DNA of 63,810 nt from Amphiscolops sp. MND2022. Its lineage: Eukaryota. Location of the stretch: positions 7,442,191-7,506,000 of the forward strand of contig OZ076409.1 of assembly GCA_964187785.1 (NCBI GenBank). Reading direction: 5' to 3'. Made by a program: the position numbers and the translations under genes. Shown here in pieces: positions 20,091 through 31,151 of the stretch. Under the pieces are notes generated by a model, which was not told where the DNA came from, ran no database searches, and was given only the letters and a program-made list of their open reading frames with translations. Within the stretch, counting starts at the first letter, position 1; each line of letters opens with the position of its first letter.

Positions 20091-21150
20091 ATAATAAATA
20101 TAACCTGTAACCCATTTTAATCACATCATAATATAGACTAGTGCTATCTACTTGTATCTAAATCTTAGTGCTCTATAATCTTGTTTAAATTGAAGTATAC
20201 TAGTGCTATATACTCATAACTTTTCACGCTATATAATCTTAATCTTATAATTACCCCTCATTAACCATAATCCTTCCCAAATTCTACCCATAATTATTCT
20301 TGTAACCGCAATATTATCTACTCCCATTGTATTATGTATAGAACTTTAACATTATCTTACTTAATTACCCACTTCAAAATACATTTTAACCCCCGTCTTT
20401 TTACAGAACACAAGTCCTACTTACAGTACAAGAAATTTTCTAAGATTTTTGGACAAAAATTTTTCTTTTACCAAACATGTTCTATAACTTTTCTTTAACC
20501 TTTAAAAGCATTCCCAAAAAATTTTCCAAAATTTTCTTTAGCCCTCTTGAAAAATTGTCACTTGCGAAAAATGTCACTTCTAGTTTTCCAATGTTTGAAC
20601 CTTGAAATGGCCAAAGTTTTTTTTCAACTCTTGCTTCTGCTCTGCTCTTCACTTTTGTTGAAAATGAACTCTCACTTCAACCTTGACTTTTCAAAACTTC
20701 TTCACTTTTGGTTCACATACCCGCCAATGTTGGTTCACAACTCATTGACAACTCCACGCTTTAATTCTTCAACTTGAAAAGTTTTTCATGCTGACTAACT
20801 CATGTTGATGAAACAAACTTTTTCAACAAGCCGATGGCTGATACGTACGAAAAAGAAACATGAAAGAATAAATAGTTGTCAACAATAACTTCAAAGAACT
20901 TGTCAGTCAAAAAAACTGAAAGAACTTGAACTTGTTTGAACCTTTTTGCACCAATTGAATCGTCTATGACGTAAGAAGTCAAATCGTCTTAGGTTGTTCT
21001 CACTCCTTAAGTATGGTACTCTACAAAACAAAACTCATGCAACTTTAGTACAACACATATGAAACAAACCCATGTATATAACAAAAACTTCTAGAACTCC
21101 TCAAACTCAGAATGCATATATGTAATTTTATTTTTAAATTCCCGGTTGAT

Positions 21151-21569
21151 TGTGATGCCATGATGCATGTCCTCAAAGATTTTATAAGTCTGAAATACTC
21201 TGAACTCTTAACCGAAGAAATTAGTAAATCTAATTGAATCTAGAAACCAATTATTCTAGAAGAAACTTCATTTAATAGATCCTGTATCAAACTTCCCTGC
21301 TTTATCCTGTTGCTGTCACATTATTAATTGATGTAACCTACCCTAGTTAATAGAATATATCTACTTGGAGAAATTGAGAATTCTTCCTAGCAATCAGTCT
21401 TCTTCCAACACTTCAAGAACTGAGATCTCAGAAATAGACTGTACTCTGAAATAGCTAGCTACCAAATATAAGATAAAAGATAAGACGACTCCGCTGTTAA
21501 AATCTTAGACTTCTTATGTCAGTTCTAACTTGTATAAAAGAAACAACCACAAAACTTTTTAACAGCTCA
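21151..21569 (+). repeat. Element 1 3' LTR (419 bp)
   Basis: Direct repeat of 3505-3923, followed by TSD ATAC. Confidence 0.95.
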
Positions 21570-22810
21570 ATACGATCAAAAAATAGTTGAAATGTCTGAA
21601 AAATGTTTTAATCAAACAGAAAACTATTCCAATAGACGTTAACTTACTGTCATGAAAGGAGGTTTTACTTTTAATTAGTCTGAAATTTTAAAGAACTTTA
21701 TTAGAATAGTTTTTCGTTTGAACAAAACATTTTTCACACATTTTAACTGACTGTGTTCGAATTAACTGAGTTTTGTGACTCAAAACAGTAAGCTGTTGAA
21801 TTTTCAATAAGAATGCGTGACTTCATAAGGAAAAATAGCTTGAACAAAGTTTCCATCTGAACTCTAAACTGTCGGAATTCAGAAAAGAACCAAATTTAAA
21901 TTGAGCGAATGAATTTCGAGGAAACTGAAATGACATCAACTCAAAATCAGACGAGTTTTTATCGAGGAAGTTTTCAGTCTGTTTTTCCGATTTTCTGTGA
22001 AAAAAGCTGATTTTGAAAAGGTCCTTTCAAAATTCGCGGGTGATGGTCGTAAATTCAGATTAACCTCAGATTGCTTTTCTGTCTACCTATGACTAGAAAT
22101 TATTGACCTAATTTGTTTCGCGTCACACTTGTTTCCCATGCTGGATCATTCTTGTAAAGTACCATTTTTTTTGAAATTCAAAGTGACCATTTAAATTTCA
22201 CCATTCAAATGGTTAATATTTGAATCAAATTAAATTTAAATCAAAATTTATATTACTTTAAATTCCAAAATATAGTAAATGTTCATCGCTGGCCTTGGAT
22301 GCTTGAGATTGTCTGCTTTGAGAAGATATTTTTCTGCCATCGCCTGCTCACAGAGTTTCCCAGTTAAAGTACGTTTGATGAGCTGCTGGTCGCATTTCAA
22401 CAAACCGGGAACCGCAAAAGTCGTTGCCCCACTTGAGGCTCAAAAAAGAAGAAAAATACTTCAAAGCCTCAAGGATTCTGAATAAATTCGCAATGTCACA
22501 GTACCGAAAAAACTCAAAGGGGGTTTTTATTGTATTCTGACCAAAAACATGAAAAAAAACCCCACATTTTCTGCTTTTGCCGCAAGAAACCATAAAATCA
22601 AAGCGAGAACCTTTTGTGAAATATGAATTTTCCTAAAAAAAATTGCACAGTGGCCAAAACAGGGCTTAAAACGCTTTCATATCCAACAATATCGAAAAAC
22701 TTGAAGGAGGACCATTTTGGAGTTTTTTTGGAAAGTCGCAGTGCCAGAAAAGACTCAAGGGGCTCAAAAACAGTTTTTGCTATCTAAAATCATTTTTGAA
22801 AAAAAAACAA

Positions 22811-23233
22811 GGCTCTTTTCTGTTTTCCCCCCACCACCAGAAAATTTTTTGAAAAATTAGTGAAAATCTAATAACAAAAAGACTTGAATACAAATCAGAA
22901 AACTTCAAAGTTACATTTATTCTTAGTGTGACAGTTTAGGATTCAGATACAAACTTTGTTCACATTTTTTCAATATGTAGTCACGCATTTTTGATGAAGA
23001 AATCAACAGCTTCCTGTTTTGAGTAATCAATAAACACTTAATGCGAACATAATTATAGCCAAAAAGCGTGAACAATGTTTTGTTCAAACAAAAAACTAAT
23101 CCATTAGACGTTCCAATAGACGTTATATTCCCATTATGAAAGAAGGTTTTACTTTTAATTAGGGTAGTCTAAAGTTTTTAAAGAAATTTACTTCCAAAAA
23201 TTTTGGTGGTGGGGGGGAAAACAGAAAAGAGCC
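22811..23233. mobile_element. MITE with ~29-bp TIR GGCTCTTTTCTGTTTTCCCCCCACCACCA
   Basis: TIRs at both ends; flanked by AAAAACAA on both sides (possible 8-bp TSD, low complexity). GG termini with an 8-bp TSD suggest Merlin type. Confidence 0.75.
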
Positions 23234-23867
23234 AAAAACAAAAAAGGTCCTTTTGGAAAATGGAATAATTTTTTCAAAAGATAGTCACACAGTTCCGAAA
23301 AGAACCTATTTTTCGAAAAAAAAACTCATTCAATCCGAAAGAATATGTGAAAATAGAAATGGGGAGACCTTTCCAACTAGTTCGCCAGTGTATAGAATTT
23401 TAGACGTTCGCATTTGGCATGAAAATTGTCACTTCGCCAGGATTGGAGAAAAAGCACGACGAAAAATCACTACAATAGTAGCGTTTTAATTCTATAAAGC
23501 GCTGATTAGAAATATTACGTCAAGTTCTCAACGAATGCGAAGAAGCATAAAAAGTTATTTGAAGTTTAATCAGCCAAAAAAACTTTTTTAACATTTTAAC
23601 AAACCAAGAAACCCTGCCTGTTGATGCTTGCAAAAACGCAGTACTTCCTGACTGGTTCGGCAAGTCAGACCCGGTGGTTGTGTGGCTGTATGGGATCCTG
23701 TGACACAAAAAGGGATCGGACGTGAACACATTTGTTCGGTCATTCGGGTGACGTAATCCTGATCCGAATGAAAACATAGGAATCGTGCTCTCTTCGTCTT
23801 CGGGTGGGTCGCTCAAACTGCCGCCTCCTTAAATTTCCACGGCTTTTTCAAGTACTAACTTCCAATT

Positions 23868-24940
23868 TCTAGTCGGCGCTTCATGAAGTGAAACGCGACT
23901 ATTATAGTGACTCTTTTTTTGCAATCCACACGAACTGACCAAAATAGTTTTACAAATATTTAAGGGGCCAAATGGTACCATTGGGCCCATGGAACTGAGC
24001 TGAAATAATTGTTCTTTTTTAGCGTAACATATAATACCGAACGAGACTAAATTGTTCCCCTTTCGATTTTCTTTCGGCACTGTGAGACTTTCGAAAAGTT
24101 TGTATGGTCTCCAAAGGGTCCTTCTTCACTACTCACAATGCAAAATTTCCCGTCAACCTTTCAGAAACTTCACATGCGCACAACCATTAGGTGAACCAAA
24201 AAAATGGAACGCACGAAACATGCGTCCTTAAGATCGTATTAATTTCGTTCAAAGCTAGGTAAGATGATGTGAAATTGAACGAAAAATACCAAAAACATCA
24301 AATTTTGAAGAAAAATTGTTTTGTCGTTTCCTAATTAAAACCAATACAGCAAGGTTTTTGCGGCGAGTTAATAACTTAAGCAACGAGCGACAGAATTTGG
24401 AAAGAAACTTTCGTTTTTGTATGTCAAAGCTTAACAACCAAAATGTTTTTAGTCGGTGCATTTTATCAAAATGAGCCCGACTATTACAGTGGCAAGTTTT
24501 TTTCTTTTTTTCGACAGACCACAGAATGTATGCGTAGTGGACACTTTTTACAGAACTACTAAAAGTACTGAACCGGCAAGCGGAATCACATCTGAGTTAC
24601 TGCAAAGGGTCCCCCCATTCGTGTACTCAATTTTTAACGTAAGATACAAAACCGGACGGGATTACAGGGTCCCCCCTTTGAATTTTTTTCGGCACTGTGC
24701 GACTTTTTTTTGAATTTTCTTTTGTCGCCAAACGGCCCCCCTTCAAGTTTTTTGATATTTTGCAGCAAATTGAAGTTTCAAAAAGTCCAAAGGGTCCCCC
24801 CTTTTTAGTTTTTCGGCACTGTGAGACTGTTTCAAATTTCTCATTTTTCGTTTTTTCGAAAGTTTTTTCAATGGCTCCAAAGAGTGATGTCTCCCCCTTC
24901 AATTTTTTTGATATTTTGTAACAGACTGGATTTTCAAAGT
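23868..24940 (+). mobile_element. Two HINE-like family A fragments (~23868-24125 and ~24447-24940)
   Basis: TAGTCGGYGC...CGACTA hairpin starts and AAAGGGTCCCC tandem units. Confidence 0.55.
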
Positions 24941-26317
24941 TGCCGGGAAGTTTTACAGGCACATTCAAAAAATGCCGGCTAATTTTTTATGAAACATGGA
25001 AAATTCAGGTACCATGCATGGAAACATTTTGTAGCATTACTATGCAACTTCCACTATTTCACTTAAAACTGAAAACATTTCCACTTCTTCACCACCGCGA
25101 TCACTTTGTTTTCACGCGTAAGTTTCTCAAGTAAGTATCTTGTGTAAACACCGTTAGTCAAATAGCACGCTGAATATGACGCTACTTTGAATCTTATAAT
25201 GTGACTGAAAGTTATTTGCATTGAAACCGCGGTAAAAATTTAAGAAGGTCTCAGCTGCTTTCAAAATTAGAACGGCCTCTTTATGAAACCTGCAAAACTT
25301 CGCGGCTCAGAATTGCCGCCAAATTTAGGATGCATCTTATAGGCAGCTTGATAAATATAAATGGCATCAGTGGAAGTTTTAATGGATGGAGGTTTCCTTG
25401 AGAATTTTGTAAAATCATGAAAAATTTAACTTGGTAACCTACAAAAAGTTCAAGCAGTTCCAACCAGGGAACGAAATGCGAATTTCTCAAGTTTCAGTCC
25501 ATAAAATATCACTCTCACGGAATTACAACAGTTTTTGGATGTTGAACATTCAAGAAAAACGTTCCCAGGAAAAGCGTTAAATGAAAAAGGTAACGAATGG
25601 TGTAAAGGCTACAAAAATGATTACTTCATTTTGTTATTTTCCGCCCACATATAATGGGGGAGGAAAATCATGATCGGAGTCGCGTTTTTTTTCCAAATTC
25701 TGCCAAATCGCCTCCGAGGTCTATATTGACTATTTGACTCTTTTTTCCGTTTTACCAAGTTTTGACCATTTGATCCACAGTTTTTTCGGCAAGTTTTACG
25801 CTCAAATAACCCGCAAAAGTCTTCTGAATCTATGGGTATTTTTAGATTTCAAAAATTATCAACCATTGTTGAAATATCATGCTCGAAAGGTAAAATTTCG
25901 TCGATTTACATGTATTAAGATAGAAAATGAACGTTTCGCGGCGGAAAACTGCGATTATTTTTCCATTTAGAATGTTTTTGAAACAAAAAATATATCATTA
26001 AATTCTATACAATCTGCAGGATCTGATGAATTTTAAATTTTCAGAAAAGTATTTCAAAAACCTGCCCAAAACTGGGAAACTAGCGGAAGTGTTCTTCCTG
26101 CGCCGGAGATTTCACTTGATGCGCCAATCAGAATTGAAAGTGAGAGCAAATACGCAATTCTAATCGGTTGATAACGACGCCTAGCGCATAGAGGGACGAT
26201 TTCTTAATCACAGTACTGTATATATATATTTTCGCTTCGAAATTGCTTTGAAACGTTCGTAGACAATTATGCGAAATTTTGTTGCGTTCCCATATTTCTT
26301 GTTCACCTAGTTAGGCA

Positions 26318-26882
26318 TAAGTCGGCGCCCTACATTAGGCTAAAAGATAGCACATGGACTTCAGAGTGTCAAGTATTGTCCTCTACAGTACCCGAAAAAC
26401 CCAATGTTGGACCGATCTGGCGCACGGCTTTGGGATTTTTTAAGATCCTTTCTGTTGCAAATTATAAAAAATATTTGCAGGGGGACCCTTTGGAGACATT
26501 AAAAGTTTTTCGAGAGACTGAAAAAGGAACAACTTTGATATTTCCGTTCCCTGACCAAATAGTATAATTCGGCTCCGAAAAATTTCGTAGAACTTTGTAG
26601 TACTATTTTACTATTTTGGCCAGTTCGCGTGGATTGAAAGAAAGTCAGTATTGTAGTCGCGCAACACTTCATGAAGTGCCGACTAAAATTGGAAATATGC
26701 GTGCTATGTCAAAGGACCCGTCACCCGTTGTGTCATTTTGAGTAAAGTCGAGTAAAACAACAGTTGCCAATAAAAAACGTTGGCCGCCGAAAATTTCGTA
26801 GAACTATTTTGGTCAGTTCGTGTGGATTGAAAAAAAGAGTCACTATCATCGTCACGTTTTTTTATGAAGCGCCGACTAATAA
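26318..26882 (-). mobile_element. HINE-like family A copy with duplicated end
   Basis: AAGTCGGCGCC start; GYGCCGACTAA ends at ~26686 and ~26880. Confidence 0.55.
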
Positions 26883-27377
26883 AAATTCTCAAATTCTGAA
26901 TACAACTCTCATAGCCCGTCTTGATATATGTTTTGATACTGTTCAGTTGTACGAAAAGTTACAGTAAAAACAACAATTCCTGAGGAAATTCACTTTTAAA
27001 AGTCCTAACTTGAACTGATACCATCGACACCTTTGAAAACATTAGAAAACTCCAAACTAACAACACTCCATAATTCATAAAGCATCGCATTCCATAAATT
27101 TCGAGAAGAGTTCACGAGTTTTCGCGTACCGTTTCACAAACGACCAATTTATTCAAATTACACAATTTACGCAAGAAAATGAAACATTTTCATTGACTTT
27201 CGCGATGAAAATGAAAGATATTCAGTGTTTGCACGGACAGGAAAGTAATTCAGAAAAATATTATCCTGACATTCTGGCGAGAAAACAAACTTGAAAAAAA
27301 AGGATTTTGAAATCTAGATCAGGAGACCTTGTCATTCCGGCCAGTTCTGGATCAGCTGAAAACAACAGTCTGGATCG

Positions 27378-27617
27378 ACTGTAAAACAACAAACGTTCTG
27401 AAATGTAATTAAGTTCATTCAGAAAACGCAGAATTCTGTTCCAAATTCATTCGTGAAAATTTGCTTGGTCTATCTCAAAGAGAACATCCTTTCTACTAGT
27501 AGAAAGGATGTTCTCTTTGAGATAGACCAAACAAATTTTCACGAATGAATTTGGAACAGAATTCTGCGTTTTCTGAATGAACTTAATTAATTTCCAGAAC
27601 GTTTGTTGTTTTACAGT
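27378..27617. repeat. 240-bp spacer-less near-perfect palindrome (foldback element)
   Basis: 120-bp arms ACTGTAAAACAAC.../...GTTGTTTTACAGT centred at 27497/27498; only a few mismatches. Confidence 0.9.
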
Positions 27618-27793
27618 ATATACAGGGTTACCGTACACGACAATTTTTTGTACACGATACCGATGCATTATAGGAAAATACACGATAAAGACGATACACT
27701 ACCATACTGTAATAAATGATTTGGACCCCTGATTGTAAAAAATGATTTGGACTGAATTAAATTTGCTCGGAACCCGAGTTATTTTGAAGGTAA

Positions 27794-30053
27794 TGTCACG
27801 ACCCGCTCCCGGTCGGGATTATAGCTGCTGCAGCGGGATACCTGGTTTCGAAATTGGCCGAGGACAAGGCCGAGGTAAACTCTATTAAACTAATCTAATC
27901 TTAAACTAATCTAAATTCTACTTACAGTACAGCTAAATCGATTGCAGATAATTTTCCGAATACAAAACCTAACGTAAACGTTACGGAACATTTTTCAGAA
28001 ATGATTTTTAGCTAAAACTTCCGGTTAAATATTCTCCACGCGTGATAAGATTTTTCATTTCCGGTATGATTTTCTGATTTTCTGCCATACTAATCTAAAC
28101 ACTAAAATGAACATTTATAATTGGGATCATTCTTTCCACTGGTCCACACTAAATTGAAAACATTAAAATAAAATTCAATTCCGAGATCCCAACGGAATTC
28201 ATACAATCTAAAATGAAAAAAAAACAGACAAATAATAGAGCGGAATTGTTTTCCAGAGATGAAGTAGTTGTCAATATTCACTTAAAGCACAGCCAAGTGA
28301 TTTAGGCAAATATTTACAACGCTATGGCAACGTCAATCTACTGAGCTAATATTAGGAATTTTGCTTCTACGGACCAATAACGTCACTCTATTGATAGAAC
28401 TATTCTTAGCTAAGTCGAATAGAATTAATTTCGGTTGCCCCTAGCAACACCAATCGGAATAAGAGAAAGAGAATGAATTCACCTACGCACTCCGCTTTCT
28501 CTCCGCTTGGTCCGACAGCTAAGCTATGAGCAATCTTAATACGTACGGGGCAGCTACGGAGCGGATTGTAAAATTGTATTCCGCCGCTCAGCTATAACCA
28601 ATCTTAATACGTACGGAACAATTCGTAAAATAATAGCGATGAAGCATTAGTTTAAACCGAAATCAAATAAGGATTTTTCTGAATCGACGCACTTAAAGGG
28701 TTCTGGAAACAAGTCCACATGTAAAAGGTTGTACAGTAAAAAGGGGCTAAAACAATGATCGAAGAGTAACGATGCTATTACAACAGTTTCTCGAATCACG
28801 TATACCTTACGTTACATTAAGAGTTTTATGTATTCAGTGATTAGTTGTTTATCATTAAAATGTTTCTCAGAACGTAACGTAAGGTCAACGTCGAAACCCA
28901 AACCAAGTGCTATTGTTGCGGGATGTCTGCTCTATTTATTCATATACGAAGTCCAATCGAGTGCAGAATAATTATTGCCTGCAAATGTATTTTTCCTATC
29001 TATTTGTACCTTGCAATTCGTACTTGTTACGTTATGGCCACGTATAGGTCAGAGTTGAGTTTACTGTTGGTGCAGTTGTTCAGTTTACAAAATTAACCGA
29101 TTAATCATCATTATGTTTTTTCTTAGCGTTGCTTGTTCCTCAATAATATTCAAATATCCTTAGTCCAAAGTTCCTTTTGCCTCGTTTCAATTTCGCTACA
29201 ATTTTTGCGAGTCATTCTTTTGCTTCGAATCTCAATTTCCCAACTTGAACGCTGACTAATTGATCACGCCGGCGTGCCTACGCTGATGAAAATGTAAGCT
29301 AGACTTCAATTTTGCCGCAATTTTGAAGTTCAAACAGGAAATGGGTTACCTGAACAAAAATGATTTCAACAAGGTTTTACGGAATAGTGACGCAACTAGG
29401 AATCTCAATACCTGAATTTATGACGCCGAGTTGAAATAATCTGAATCATTAGAGTTTTTTGATGAACAAACCTGATTTTTGCGATTCCTAGGAATTTTTA
29501 GATGAGGAACAAATGACGCTAAGAAGGTATATATACTTAGACGAGGCATGTAAAGTTAGTTAGTTGTGTTTGCAAGTTGTAATAAACTTAAACTGTTTCG
29601 TTGTTTCAACGTTGAACAAAATCATCTTCGAAGAATTCACCTTTTGCCGAAGAATCGTTTTCTAACATTAAAAAATGACTACCAGAAGCCAGAAGAGGAA
29701 AGCTGTAGCTGAGTTAGTGTCAGGAGATTTCGAAGCTTCTTTAACTGAGAACAATTCTACTGGAAACCTGATAGCTAGTTCTAGTAAAAACCGTAGACTT
29801 GAGCCTGAGGATTTAGAAGAATTAAAGACAACTCTAAGGAAAGAGATTATGTCTGACTTGACGAAAGTACTCGTCGAAAATCAAAAAGAAATGCTTAAAT
29901 TAATAGCACCTGCGTGCAAGAAACGCTCAGTTAGTTCGAACATACATGATTCTGATTCTGACCAAGAAAACATCTCCGTAACGAGAACGTCCACCCCAGT
30001 CAAGACACAAACTGCGACTAGTTCTAAAACAACTCCGATGAATAGTCGTAACA
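27794..30053 (+). repeat. Element 2 5' LTR (2260 bp)
   Basis: Direct repeat of 41719-43977 with roughly a dozen differences seen by eye; TATA-like ~29528 and AATAAA at 29581. Confidence 0.95.
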
Positions 30054-31084
30054 TGGTGACAGGAGTCCTCAATGACTCTACCAACCAACCCACGAAAAGA
30101 CCGAAAACGCAACGTATACTCAACGAACAACAAAAAGACCGTCCCTCCACATCAAAGATCCTGTTCGCGCCACAACCACAGACATTCCCATCAACCAATC
30201 TACTTCCGATGCCGAAAGCACTCACTGCTTCGCTCCCAGTTTTCGATGGTAAGTCCGAAAAGTTTGAACTTTTTGAGGACCTATTCCGAAACAATATCAA
30301 AATGTATCCTCACCTAACCGAGATACAAAAGATCAACTACTTCCATTCACTCCTACGAGGAAACGCACTACAAGCGTATTGTAATCTAGATGACACCAAA
30401 AAAGACAACCTAGAAGAAGTCATAACGGCATTTAAACGCCGCTTTGGTGATTTCCAATCATCCGCTAAAGCGAGATGTGAGTGGGACGCCCTGCATTTTG
30501 ACCCCACTAAACAGAAACTCCATGAGTTCCTTGACGCCCTGCAAAAAACTGCAAAAGAAGCATTCGGCTCAGAAGCACAAAAATTCATTGATAAAGCAAT
30601 CTACGCCAAAATGCCGGATCACGTCGAAAAGATCCTCAACAGAGCATATTTGGAAGATAAACCCTACAATGACATAGTTTTACATCTTGAGAGGGAAATG
30701 AGATTAAACGGACTAGGTGCGCCCGATGAAACAATCCTAGTCCCACTCAACACAGTGGACGCTGTAGTGACGGACGATAAAAAAGACCAATAACAACGAG
30801 GCCATTGTTTTCACTGTGGCAAATATGGCCACTACAAAGAACAGTGTCGCAAACTTCAACGAGAACGTTACAATACCGCCAAAACAAACACAAAAGACCC
30901 AGCCCAAAACGAAGCACCCAAACCCAAGTGTGATACATGTGGCAAGATGCACAAAACTGAGAATTGTTGGAACGGAGCCAATGCAGTAAATGACCCCAGA
31001 AAGAAGAAACGAGAATTCACCATTCCAACCAACAAAATCAGTGAACAACCTGTACCTACCACGTCCTCTCAGCCAAAAAACTAA
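29675..31084 (+). pseudogene. gag: Element 2 gag (469 codons) with a premature TAA at 30791-30793
   Basis: Capsid FDGKSEKFELFEDLF. Past the stop, the same frame encodes two zinc knuckles (CFHCGKYGHYKEQC, CDTCGKMHKTENC) and ends at AAAAAAC-TAA, as in element 3 gag. Confidence 0.9.
30054..30066 (+). promoter_or_regulatory. Element 2 PBS (TGGTGACAGGAGT), tRNA-Leu-like
   Basis: Abuts the LTR; one mismatch to the familiar Leu PBS TGGTGTCAGGAGT; same 12-mer at 60266. Confidence 0.7.
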
Positions 31085-31151
31085 AGTCGCCGCGCCTACG
31101 ATTTGGGGAAAAAGTAGACGCGAGGGCGTACACGATAGAGGACCCCCCAAA
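31075..31151 (+). promoter_or_regulatory. -1 ribosomal frameshift signal (A_AAA_AAC plus pseudoknot)
   Basis: Heptamer 31075-31081; stem 31091-31099/31114-31122; loop TTTGGGG 31102-31108 complementary to CCCCAAA 31145-31151. Confidence 0.75.

Larger units (their letters stand above)
3505..21569 (+). mobile_element. Element 1: full-length env-bearing Ty3/Gypsy (Metaviridae-like) LTR retrotransposon, 18065 bp
   Basis: TG...CA LTR pair, 4-bp TSD ATAC (3501-3504 and 21570-21573), PBS, gag-PR-RT-RH-IN order, env. Confidence 0.95.

Noticed and set aside
30791..30793. Programmed readthrough of the gag stop in element 2
   Set aside because: The TAA sits in a CAA run (CAA TAA CAA) and element 3 gag is uninterrupted, so a C-to-T nonsense change is simpler.
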